64,000 nucleotides of DNA, taken from contig CM022674.1 in assembly GCA_012295275.1 (NCBI GenBank), positions 9,982,001 to 10,046,000 on the forward strand, read 5' to 3'. Under the pieces are notes generated by a model, which was not told the DNA's origin, ran no database searches, and was given only the letters and a program-made list of their open reading frames with translations. The position numbers and the translations under genes were made by a program. Each line of letters starts with the position of its first letter. Position 1 is the first letter of the stretch. Positions 1 through 13,100 of the stretch are shown one piece after another. This DNA comes from Chrysomallon squamiferum (Eukaryota; Animalia; Mollusca).

Positions 1-150
1 ATGCAGATGGAAGAATATAAGCGAGTTGTGAAGCAAGCTTGGTGCAGAAGAGAAAATCAACCATGCCTGGCTGTCCCTGCTGATAACATATCACGTTACT
101 TGTATTTGGATCAAGAGACATTGTATTCAACTAATCTGAACCTGCTATAA
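1..150 (+). CDS. Probable terminal coding exon of an unidentified upstream gene (partial)
   Basis: Frame 1 is open from the window start to TAA at 148-150 (MQMEEYKRVVKQAWCRRENQPCLAVPADNISRYLYLDQETLYSTNLNLL*). It is more GC-rich than the AT-rich, UTR-like sequence that follows. A possible acceptor AG lies at 5-6. Family not recognised. Confidence 0.5.
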   Translation: MQMEEYKRVVKQAWCRRENQPCLAVPADNISRYLYLDQETLYSTNLNLL

Positions 151-2514
151 CGCCTCACTGAAACAATCAACAAAAGACGTGTCACGGTGCTGAACAAATG
201 CAGAATTATTGGTATTTTACAGATTTTTCTCATTTCTGTTGTTTCAAACATATTAATTGTTAACTGGCATTTGTATACTTTCACTGTAATGCAGTTCAGA
301 TTTTTTGTTTTTGTTTTAGCTGTATATGTAAGTAAGTGTGTTAATATATTGTTCAGGTGATATATATCTTATTTCTGTATAGATTTAAATTTATCGTTTT
401 ATTTTTGTTTTCCTTTGGAGTTGAAGTAGAAGTAACATATTAACTAATTTTCAAATTTCTGTGTTATCTTTAAGAATTATTGCTGATTGTATATTATTTA
501 AAAGTATTTTAATTGTTTAATTATGACTTTAATGGAAATGACTGAAATTTGGGAAGAACTGGCTAATGAGTCTAAGCTTACGTGATCTTTTAACATACAT
601 ATACACTTAGATATATTAAAAAGGCCTTCCAGCTTTATTTGTATTACATGTATAATTCAGTTATCTGACTTTCCTTCAAGTTTACACATTTCACATTTAG
701 GTTAGATTATATTTTATATCGAAATCAGCAGAAAATTTATGTTCTTACTTTAAATAACTTAGGCTAAATCAGAAAAATGGTGAGTTGAATTCATAACATG
801 ATTATTATTTCTTAATTTAATTTTATGCATATATAGAAGAAAACTAATATTTGAAATAATGAAATTTATTTTCTTCATATAATGTTAAAACTGGATATTG
901 TATCTATAATAAATTTGGTTTGAAATTATACCTGAACAGTAAACAAATGCACAATCATATATTTACATACATACCAGAATACAAATTCAAAAATGTGCAC
1001 ATACAGGTAGGTACAAAATGCACACACACACGTAATATATTACACACACATTTATACACCATATAGCACACATATACATTATGTGGAAATACAGACAGGT
1101 ACAGTTAAAAGACATAAACCAGATACATTATACTTGTACACTAAGGATCAAGAAATGTGTGTCAGTTAAATTGTGAGTCATTTCAGTCTCACAGTTACAT
1201 CCTATTAGGGAACAATGCTGTTAGGTACAATTATGCTGATCAGTTAACATTTTTAATAAAAACAAAAACTCCTTTTATCTTACTAAGTAATGGTATTGTT
1301 GACAAAACAGTAGAGTAATTATATTTAGTCACCAATAAACATTTAAATTATATCCAACTAATTGCATAATTATATATGTAATCACACACACACACACACC
1401 TTGTGCATGTGTAACTAGTACTCAATTTTTTAGTGTACCTTGATATTTTTTTTACACTTGTTTACTTCATCTCAATTCCATATAATTCTTCTTTCTCATC
1501 TTTTTTTTTTTCCCCTTGACATCTGTTTATATTTATTCTGATGCAGTAAACCTTTGTTTTCTGTTAACAAAATAAGCTTTTTTTAACACCCTGATTTCTG
1601 TTATTATGATCAGATGAATTATTTTCATTTGGATATGCAATATGTGATTTTTATGATACTTGTATTACTTCAGATTGATGCAGATTACATAATTTTTCTA
1701 AACCCCATATTTTCAATTATAATCTCAAATTTTCTAATACTTACACATTATATTTCTGGTGAACAGCATGTGCATTAGATTTTAATATCTTACTGATACA
1801 GAAAAAAGAAAAATTCAAAATAAATTATATACAGATAAATTAGAAGTTAGTATATAGTATATAGTATATTTTATTATCATGAAATAGATGAAAAACTTGC
1901 TGTCAGTACTCTTACCAGTAAGTGATAAACACCTTCTCATAGAAAGGAGATTATATAGATCTGTCATCAATAAATTCTGGTTGGAAATGGAAACAGCACA
2001 TCAAGGATGATTTTATCTTATGCCTGTCTTCTTTATATAAGTGGGCTACATCTCAATTCTTTTCATTTACTCACACACACATATACTTGCATATATTTGT
2101 GTAACTAATTGTGAAATTCAAGATGTACCTCATTGTTAGACTTATCTGTACATTAATATCATTTTTAAGGAATTTTAAGTTACATTAAAATACAACAACA
2201 ACAAACATAATTTTAAAAACATTTTCCAAATATTTTAATTAACAGGTTACAAATGCAGACAAACGACAATATTAAGAATTTATTTATATCATCAGTAAAA
2301 CAGTTTAATCAGTTTTCTATTAGTGGATACCTTAATATTATTGCTTGGGATGTTTAGAAATGTTTGTTTTACTGGCTCCATTGAATCACCTGAACACTTC
2401 GGAAAAAATTAATAGATAACTGACACTTATGTTGCTATAATTTTAATGGACTGAGAGTCAGATAACAGGACAAAACCCTTCAGGACAGAACCCCACTCAT
2501 TCATCAATCAGCCA

Positions 2515-2975
2515 GTTCAGGCAAAATCCCTATTCTTAATGGAGAAAAAGAAAGAAAGAAAAAATAATTTCCAGTATTTGTCATTTACTTGTAGATGTTG
2601 GTACTGCTTTCTCTGACCATGTTCAGTGCTTTGCATTATTGACCTTGTGTGACATCATGCTTCCTTGCATAACACTTTGTTATGGTGATGATTTTTAAAG
2701 GAAGACAAAAAGTGCAAGTGATTATTGTGAATTATAATGAAAACCATCCATCACATCATCACAAATATTTGTAAGCTACATTTACATTATACATATGATA
2801 TGTGGGTACAAATTGTTTTGATGATTATTGCTTTTTAAGAGAAACTATCTACTATTGATCATAACTTTACATTTAGTATATTGATAAGCAATCTAAACAA
2901 AACCAAAATTCATTTTAAAATAATATTCTTTACAGGTGAAATCAGAAATATTTCGGAGGGATTTTGCCCTGGACC
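2515..2975. mobile_element. Possible degenerate MITE (imperfect terminal inverted repeats)
   Basis: GTTCAGGCAAAATCCCT (about 2515-2531) pairs with AGGGATTTTGCCCTGGAC (about 2957-2974). Related GGACAAAACCC motifs occur at 2468-2495. Confidence 0.3.
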
Positions 2976-5139
2976 CAGTGCATTTAGGTGTAAACATATT
3001 TAATTAGAAATGTTTTTGTGCTAAGTTTCTGGGCCTGTTACTGGTAGATTAGAAGGAGTGTGACTAAAATCTAGATAACGATTTTCATCTGTTAGCTGTT
3101 GCAACATGTGTATTTGTGACTTAGATAAAAATTTGGTAAGCTGTCAAATGAATAATATTACAACTAAAAATAACAAGTGAAAAAAGTGTGATTTCTTTAA
3201 TTTGAACACTGCGTATATAAATATATTTCACAGTCCATGACTGTGTGACAAGAGGATTGTGTTCTATATTTAAACGTGTAATTTTATCAGGTGTATATGC
3301 TGGCAGTATTTTTCAAATTGATTTGTTTGATTTCACCTACTTTATTTGACTGTATTTACCATCCATAACCATACCCTTTCAGGAACAAATAAGAAACTGT
3401 TGATGTTTAAAAAAATATATATATATATATATTCATTACATTCATTTATGTTTTAATTATGTTTAATATATATTTTATTTATTTATTTATATTATTATTA
3501 TTTTATTTTTATTTTTTTTATTATTATTATTTTTTTATTATTTTTTTTTTGTAATCCATAGGCTTTTGACAGCTGTTGTTATTGATATTCCAAACTAGAA
3601 TTCTCATTCAAGCCAAGACAATTTTTGTTCAAGACAAATTGTGTTTTATATTAGAAAGAGAGGTGTCTTGGATAATTGTTATTCACAACAAAACATTGAT
3701 AATACAAGGACAAAAGCTTATTACAGATTATTTCATTTATATACACACATTTTACAAGTTAAATATTGAGGAAATACAAATTTCAATGAAGCAAATATAT
3801 TTTTTAGATAAACTGTTTTTAATTCCATACTTTATTTTAGCTTAGTAATGTTAATAGTACAGATTAACATTGTTTTTACAAGGAAATGGTATATCTTTAC
3901 AAACTGTTACAAACAAGAGTAAATAACTAAATTTGGTCATACATTAAATCAGCCTAGAAAACATCTACTCTGTGTACTTTCTCTTCATACTAGATCTTCC
4001 ATGATGTTGAGCAACATATATTTATAGCTAATAAATGAAAGTAATGATAATAAAACATAATGAACTATAAATAATGTTTATTTTATTTTTATATAATAGT
4101 TATGATAGGTAGTGAATGCACCATTTTGAAATGATGAAATCTCCAAATTTGGAACAGTATCAACAGTTTTAATTTATACATATCTAGATTTGCTGATTAT
4201 AGCTCACTGGACAGACTTGTCTCAAATAAAACAGATTACATTATTACTGGCGATACTACCCCATTCCAGCCAACCTCTGAAAAACAGTTTCTTTTTAATC
4301 TACCCTAACTCAAGCAAATGTTAAGTATTTTCTGATGCTAATTTTCAGGAAAGGAAATCACTCAAAATGAAATAAAAGCCAATCACATACTAATAAATGT
4401 TTGGCTATTATAGTTGGGTCCCCTGCATTAAAACAGCAGAACAGTGTTAGCCGTGAAATCAGCCCAGTTAAAATTTGTTCATTACATACACATTATCAGT
4501 GAATTATGAATTTTTGCTAAATGTTTAATGTGACTTATATTATTATCAGGTAGCCCTAATATTTGATTTAATAATGTTATACATGCAAAATCTGTATATG
4601 CAAAAATAGATAATGTAATTCTCAGTACAACCATTTCATTTAAATTTAAATGCATATAGTAGATCAGGAAGTGAAACTGTTGTTGTCAGTGTCACTTTAA
4701 CTGTCATCACTGTCATAACCATTATCATCATTATTATGTAATTTTGTTAAATCTGTTACCTGAACACTTGGATGCTAACGCACACAGCTGGCTGTATTTG
4801 AGTAACTTTTTTGTTTTCTTTAACAAAAAATGAATAGTATATTTAGTGATTTTTATTATTTTTACTTTTATTCTTACTTTTTTTCTTTTTTTTTTAGTTC
4901 TTTTTTTTATTATTAATGAACATTATAATAAACTAACTCACATAATTGTGTTTACATATAGATAAATGTTTTGTGGCCGCATTCAACTATAGTATTATAA
5001 CTGAGTGCATCATTTTTAACTAATGATGCTAACATTGTTATATTTAGAAAATAGTTTTCTTCTCTCATCATATTTATTTACAATAATGGAGTACATATAT
5101 TTTAATTATTCATGTTGTAAAAAAAATTACATTTATGTT

Positions 5140-5945
5140 TGACATACTGTAATGTATGTGAGTAGTAGTTTATTTTTGAAACATTATGTAACAGTGTATG
5201 TGAGTGGTACTATTTCTGACACACTGTGTAGTACAATGTTGTATGTGTAGTACTATTTATTTCTAACACATAATACAGTGTTGTGTGTATGGTATTATTT
5301 ATTTCTGACACTCTGTAATACAATTTTGTATGTGTAGTACTATTTATTTTTGACACTGTAACACAATGTATGTGACTAATACTATTTATTTCTGACACTG
5401 TATTACAGTGTTGTATGTATAGTATTATTTATTTCTGACACTTCATGTAATACAGTGCTGTATGTGTAGTATTTCTGACACTGTTTTAAGACAATGTTGT
5501 GTGTGTGTAGTTCTATTTATTTCTGACATTAATACAATGTTGTGTGTAGTACTATGTATTTCTGACACTAATACAATGTTGTATGTGTAGTACTATTTAT
5601 TTCTGACACTAATACAATGTTGTATGTGTAGTACTATTTATTTCTGACACTAATACAATGTTGTATGTGTAGTACTATTTATTTCTGACACTGTAATACA
5701 ATGTTGTATGTGTAGTATTTATTTTTGATACACTGTAATAGTGTTGTGTAGTACTATTTATATCTGATGCAGTGTGTACTACAGTGATCTATGAGAGTAG
5801 TACTATTAATTTTTTATCACTGTGTAATACAGTGTTGTGTGTGAGTAGTACTATTTATTTTTGACACTAATACAATGTATGTGTAGTACTATTTATATCT
5901 GATACACTGTGTACTACAGAGTTGTGTGTGAGTAGTAGTATGTAT
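5140..5945. repeat. Minisatellite, about 41-bp unit
   Basis: Tandem ATTTCTGACACTAATACAATGTTGTATGTGTAGTACTATTT, near-perfect at about 5520-5700 and degenerate at both edges. Confidence 0.9.
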
Positions 5946-8900
5946 TGTGGCAAGTCTAGGTTGACCTGGTATCAACTGGCAGCAGAGCCAGCTGGTAAAT
6001 CATGTTAGATTTGTGTTACCTGGTGTGATCTCATTTACAAAGCGTGTATTGAGGACAGTCAAGTTAGTTTTCACTGTTACAAGTATAAGACAGTCAGCTT
6101 TATTCTGTTATTAGTGAACACTGTGATGTCTGCATTGGCCTCCATTTATCATCCAATTAATTTGTAACAATCATGTAATCACTTTACACTAATCTTATTA
6201 ATCATCCATATCAGTGGTTCCTTTATATTTGTTCAGCTTTTTGCATTTAACCATTGACATATATATATTTAAACACATGATTTAATATTATTGTTTAACT
6301 CCTAGCAGCTGATATATTTTTGTGCTTCCATTTATTAATTTACTGTCATTTTACAGTTATTATGTTTTCACTTTATTATCTAGGTTAAAACTCATGTTAA
6401 TCTTTGATTATCATCCAAATAATTATAGTAATTGTAACAGTCACACATATTAGTTTTAGTTTATTATTCATGTTTATCAGTTTTGATTTATCATAGATGC
6501 ATTTTAATAGACTTGAAAATATCTACAAACATGACTGATATTGTAGACCTACCTTTTAATGTATATGAATTATAAATGCGTGAGACTCTGTGACATATTG
6601 CATAATGAACTGACAGCATACTTTGTACAACTGATAGTTAATAAGTAATGTTATTGTGATCACATTTTTATGATGATTTCACAAAAAGGTGTTTAAAGCT
6701 AATTTGTTCTTAGTTGTAGTCTGAACGTCTGGCTGGCTGTCTGTCAGCAGAGAACACACACATTATTTGTTTTACACTTATTAAATGGCAGGTGCCAGTC
6801 ACACGCGATTCAATTTGTTCTCTCCATTGCAGAACAATGTATTATTGATTTTGTTTGTTGAGATTATGCTTGGAGAGTCTTGTTACAGAATGACACTGTC
6901 TTTCTCCAGTTCATACAACAACATGTATCTTGTTAACACATAGTCATACACCTTGTCACTGATAAAACACACACAAATATGAGTATATAAACATACATTC
7001 AGACACAAATAATCATATTAGTTAAATATTAATGTGACTAACATATACACACACAAATATTGTGTAAAAATATCACAACAGACATTTTACAATATTCGTG
7101 TTAGTGAAATGTTAGAGTGATTAACATAAATTTCACAAACATATAACTATGCTATGCACACACACACTAAAATACACAAAAATAAACAGATTCAAATGAA
7201 TATAAATATGCACACAAGAAACAGAACTATATAGCTGTGTGATGGTTAATACAAGAGCCTGTTTAACATATTCTTAATGCTAAATGTATTTCTGTTGAGA
7301 ATGATGACACCAGGTAAATGACACTTGTAATATGTTACAAAGGTTATTCTGCTCCCAGTAATATGCTGACATTAACACTTAGCTGTATTATTTAGAAAAT
7401 ATTCACTACAGCTGAAAAAAACAGATCATTGTGTGTCTGTGTGTGAGTGTGTGTGTGTGTCTTTATTCATCCTACAATCACTACAAATAGTGCCACAATA
7501 AGATGACTGTTTAAATTCAAATTTCTCTATTTTCAGTCTTGACCAAATGACATTGAACAATGTAATAAGTGAATGCCCACAGAAATGTATAGATAACAAA
7601 TAAAAAACAAAACATCTTTAACCAAAACAAAGCACATTCATATCCATTAAAGATAAACATTTGAATAAATTATAAGTATATTATTTTTGTTATTATTGTT
7701 GTTGTTGCTGCTGTTTTGTTTTTTTTTCTTCTTGGTAGATAGTTATATGAATTGATATTAGTGTTTTTATAATAGCAGACTCATTGCTATTGGCTACTCA
7801 TACCAGCAAGGCATCTTTTCTTTTCTTTTTTTCTTAGGATGGGAACACATATAAATACATGACTGTTTAGTTAATATAAAATTTATACACACACATACAT
7901 ACGTAATATTCTTGTTTTTGTTTTATTTTTTCAGCTCTTTTAATGTAGTTTATAATATTTGTTTTTATTATTTTTTATTTTTTTGTTTTTTTTATGATAT
8001 CAAAGATAATCTTTATATTAATCCATACAAATTACTGAAGCACATAATACAGAGCAGAAAATTATTATTTTATTACTTTATTATTTACCTGTCACGACAG
8101 TCATATAGGAAGTTGTGCAATACACTTACTTAAAGATAAAAGAACAGTTGGCAGGCATCAGTGTGTGACGGATGGTCACTTGGTACAGTAAACACAGGCT
8201 TACATGGGCTAACATTGATGATTTCTCCATGTCTAACACAAGGACATCCCTGTGTCCTGCTGTTCAGTGTATTTCCTACTTGTTTACACTTTATTGACAG
8301 AGAATTCAGTTTTTACTTGGCTCATGTTGTATGTTTGTAAAAGGTGTAAACAGCAGATTGTTCATGGTAAACATTTCTATTGTTTTGTGTCCATTGCGTA
8401 TTGGTAATATATAAATATTATAACTGTCGGCTGTTGGGTTATGGTTAAACTGTAGTTTTGATGTGATTTGGGTTCATTATTGGATAACTAAGGTTAATCT
8501 AGTAACCATTATAAAATATATGACATGTACTTTAAAAAAGTTTTGCATTACAGCATGTTTTTTAAAATTATTAGTTGAATAGGCAGATATTTTATTGCAG
8601 CTTGTCACAGCTGTGGTTGTAGTTGTGATTGTAAAAACTGTGTAATATATACTGCATAGATCAGAGTTGTCAGAACATGTCTTTCTGACATCCATTAATA
8701 CAAACCCAGTTCTGTCTCTTTCTTTATCATTGTTTTAAATTTTTATTTTAATTTTATTACAGATAGAAATGCACGCACACATACACACACAGACACACAT
8801 ATACAGGTCACAGTGTGTTTTGTGTTGGTTTTTAATAAAAATCATAATATATTTATATTGCATAGTAATAATTAATCTTAAAAATTATGTGATGTTTAAG

Positions 8901-9427
8901 TTTAATAAACATTTTAAATAATTCAGTGTTGATTCTTATTGGAAGAACCTGTCAAATTAGTACATTTGTAAACTGTTGTTTATTTGTTTATTTGTTTGTT
9001 TTGTGTTTGTGTTTTGTTTTTGCTGTTTATTTTATTTATTTATTTTTGTTTTTATTTTTATTTTTATTATTTGTTTTGTTGTTGTTGTTATTTGGGGATA
9101 GGTTGGTGGATATTGTTAATAGGTTTAAGGTACAATTTTATCTCTTTGTTTTACATGTTTAGGTTTTGATACAAATGAGTTGGGGCAGCATTGTAATAAA
9201 ATATGGGTGAACTAAATGAATGTGACTCACAGTGACATTATATTAGATATCAGTGAGGTGTGTGTTTCAGGCCAGTGAGTAGATTGTAGTTTCATGCTAT
9301 AGGGCAATTAGCCATACCTAATCTTCTGTACAGTCTTTTCACTCTGGTTGTTCCTTTACCCTCCCAATCCGTTTGTCAACAGCACTTGTTAAATTTCAAT
9401 AAGCTTTTATTTTTGTTGTTTGTGCAT

Positions 9428-9440
9428 TGACCTTTGACCT
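9428..9440. promoter_or_regulatory. Perfect DR1 nuclear-receptor element (TGACCTTTGACCT) upstream of the first Pax coding exon
   Basis: Exact direct repeat of TGACCT with a 1-bp spacer. Function is untested and the motif is common. Confidence 0.3.
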
Positions 9441-10109
9441 ATGCCATTGTTTGTCTCACTTGAGTAGTTAAGGTGAAAAAGTTAGACATAAAAATTTGAA
9501 GGTGCTCATATGTTACATTAGTACTGTTGCACTGAGGTTCTCAATTACTGGAGAAATATACTCTGTCTCTGCAGTCATGTGTTAATCAAGTTTTGTGTGT
9601 GAATGTTAGGTTTATAGTCAGTATAATTACTCTTATTAATTTGTGTAGATGGGCCGCCTTGTGAGTGTGTAAGAGTTTTATACATGTGTGTGTGAGTGTT
9701 TATTTTATTTTACTTATTTTTCATTCTCATTTTTGTGTGTACGTGTATTCCTTAATATGTGCATGAATGTACATCTGTGTATGCATGTGTATTTTCACCA
9801 TACAGAGATCATACTAAGTGTAGACAGAAGAAATATATCAATCATAATATCAGGTAGTTTTAATTTCTTTTTAATATATTCAAAAATATTTTTATATTTC
9901 TTTAATTATGTATATTTATATATATGTACATATTTTTTTTTTCTTCCTGAAGGCTAGAAACGCAGCTGCTAGTTTTCACTGTGATTGTTCTAAGGAAATA
10001 GACTATGGAATAATGTGATGGTCAAGTTACAGCGGGGAGACTTTCTCCTCTTTGAAATGTCTTGTGCAATACACACTCACAGCAGCATCTGTTCAGAGGC
10101 AGATAAACA

Positions 10110-13100
10110 ATGCCAGCAGAATCGCAGCTTATACAGATAAAACTGGAAGCCACAGATGAGAATGAGGCTGGCAAAGATAGCATAACAAAGGGAGATAAAT
10201 GTAATGAGACAGAATCTTCTGAAGTTGAAACATCTTCTGTGAAAAGTGTCAGTGAGACAGACAGTGTTAATGTCAATGGGAAGTCTACAGGTTCGAATGA
10301 TGCCACTGGAAATGATGGAAAAGCTTCAAGTGAAAAGTCAGCTGATGAAGTTACATCAACTTCTACTTTTACGTCAAATGGAAATTCACAGGTTCACTAT
10401 TTAATCTTTAATCTAAAAAAAAAAAAAAAATCTATTCATGGATAAATTAACTTTAATATCAGCTTCAGCACAGTATTTTTCTCATGAAAATAACACATAG
10501 ATTATGTTGTTTATTTTATTTTACTTTTATTTATTTATTTTTTTATTTGAAAGATTATCACCTCCCAACAGTCATTGGTTATACCACAACCATATCTACA
10601 TTTCCTACAGCAGACGATGTTTCAGTCACAACTACTACAGCAGCATCAGAATATGATCAACTCTGTGGACATGACTGCACGACTTGCAGAGCAAGCTGAT
10701 GAGGTAATGACACTGTTGTTTAAATTTCTTTGTTATCATGATATCATTTCATAATGAGACTGTAACAGATTTAAATTATTTCATACACGGGTAATTAAAC
10801 TGTTACAGATTTAAATTTTCCTAATATCATGAATAATTTCATACACAGAACAGATAAGGTAATGAAATTGTTATAGATTAACAGTTTTCTTTTATATCAT
10901 TTTATACATATACCTGATGTATTAACGTGATCTATAATTTGTTTGATGTGTCAGTTATACTTTCATTTCTAAATTAACAAGTGATATCTTGATAAAAGGG
11001 TAAAATGACATGCCACAGTGTTTTATTTTCAGTCTTTGTTAATTGTAAATGTAGATCTCCTTATTAAATACAAAAAAATTTTGTATCACACAAAACAAGG
11101 ATCAGAGTAAGAATTAGAGGTAATGTCTAGCACTGTTGTTAACATCAAAAATGAAACAAATATATGTCAAAAAAACCAACAGAGGTCACATAAATATACT
11201 CTTGAGACTGCTTGTAAGAAATGTTATTTTTCAAACACTTATTTCTGTTTGTGCAGCATGGAGAGATGGCGTTTCCCCATCGTGAACATGGACACCAGAC
11301 AAGCGGTGCGGAGGTCACGGCAGCAGAAATTGTCTCGGATGACAGCATGGAATTTGAAGATGGCTTGCTCACTGATGATGAACTGGAAGATATGATGAAA
11401 AGAAAAAATGATGGAAGAATCAGACATTCTGGTATTCAGTATTTTGTCTCAGTTAAAATCCTTTTCTGTAATTACCTACTGTAAGATACTTCTCTGTAGT
11501 TAACTAATGTAAAATACTTTTCTATAATTACCACAGTAATATACATCTATATAGTTAACTACTGTAATTTACTTTTATATAATTAACTACATTTTACACG
11601 CTTTAACATGCAAAGACTTTATTTCTGTAATTAACAGACTTCTCTGTTATTCACTGCAACAGACATGTGTAAATAATATATAATTCTTTATAGATAACAT
11701 CTCATTATATAAGTCATTGTTATAGACAGTTTGAGTAATACATTCCAAAGATTTCTCTTTAAGTAATTCAGTGGAACTGACTTTACTATGATTGGTACAC
11801 TGGTACCGACTTCTCTGTAAATAACACAGTAAAGTGAGACAGACAGACGGACACAGAAAACACTTCTCAAAGAAAAGGCAGTTAACACATTGTAATTCAT
11901 TTTCATTTCTTATCTGACATTATAAACCATATTTTCAACAACAAACATATCTTCGTTATTGATAGCATCTTAAAAAAATAACATGAAGAGCATTTCACAG
12001 CATACTAATTTTCCAGTGGTAATTGTTGATTGTAAATTGTCTTACTTTATAAAACTATGTTACTTTTATCTCTGGCATTTCAAGCAATGCCAATTTCTGT
12101 TGTAGGTGGTAGAAATGTCAATCAGTATGGACGAGAGTTCACCAATGGCCGACCACTTCCAGACCATCTTCGTGTTCAGATTCTGCAGTTAGCACTGCAG
12201 GGAATTCGTCCGTGTGAAATTAGCAGACAGCTACAAGTGTCACATGGATGTGTGAGCAAAATTCTTAACAGGTAAATACCATGGCAGTATACACATGTGG
12301 TTGTTATTTCGTTTCTGAATTTTAGCTTTTTCTTAACTTTTCTATTGAAATTAAAAAGCAGATTTATAGGAATTGTATTATATTTTTTATATGCACTGTT
12401 GATTATGAAAAAGAAATATTAAGAAAATATATATATGTTTTAATATTTATTTACTTTATTTATGTACTTTTTATTTTTAATTTTTAATTTTTAAGTTATT
12501 TATTATCTTTTTAACAGAAATATTATATATTTACAGAATTGTAGTGAGAGTGAAATTATTTATAAACTGCCTGCCTGTTAAAAAGGTTAAACAAACTATT
12601 ACTTGATAAACATTAATGATGTTTATTCATTTGGAATAATTAATATTTGGCTACTTTCAACACAAAATAATCATAAAATAAACTCTACACTAATGAAATT
12701 TATTAAATAAATATTGGCAGTTCATTTTTAATTATTATTTCTGCAAAGTTTGTTGTTTAGATATGTATTGTAAGAGATTACCTGTTTAGTATTAAAGTAG
12801 ACACTAATAGTTAATGGCTTACAGACTGAGACACTAATCACTGACTTAATTTAATATTTTAAGATATCGAAAGACTGGCAGTATTAACCCAGGACAAATA
12901 GGGGGGAGCAAACCAAAGGTTACCACCCCTGACGTGGTCACCCGGGTGCGCCAGTACAAGACAGAAAACCCACAGATGTTTGCCTGGGAGATCCGACACA
13001 AGTTAGTGATCTACTACTTTACCAAATTAGATAGAAATTGCTATCTACATTATACATCTCTCTTCATAACTGTCTAATGCAAGTTACTTGTTACTATTAT

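Noticed and set aside
151-360. Open frame continuing after the TAA of the first partial gene
   Set aside because: TAA is an efficient stop and the extension is T-rich and UTR-like. Probably chance.
7912-9957. F/L/Y/C-rich short ORFs here and at 30585, 33258, 56112 and 58330
   Set aside because: They are translations of T-rich low-complexity or microsatellite DNA with no splice or homology support.
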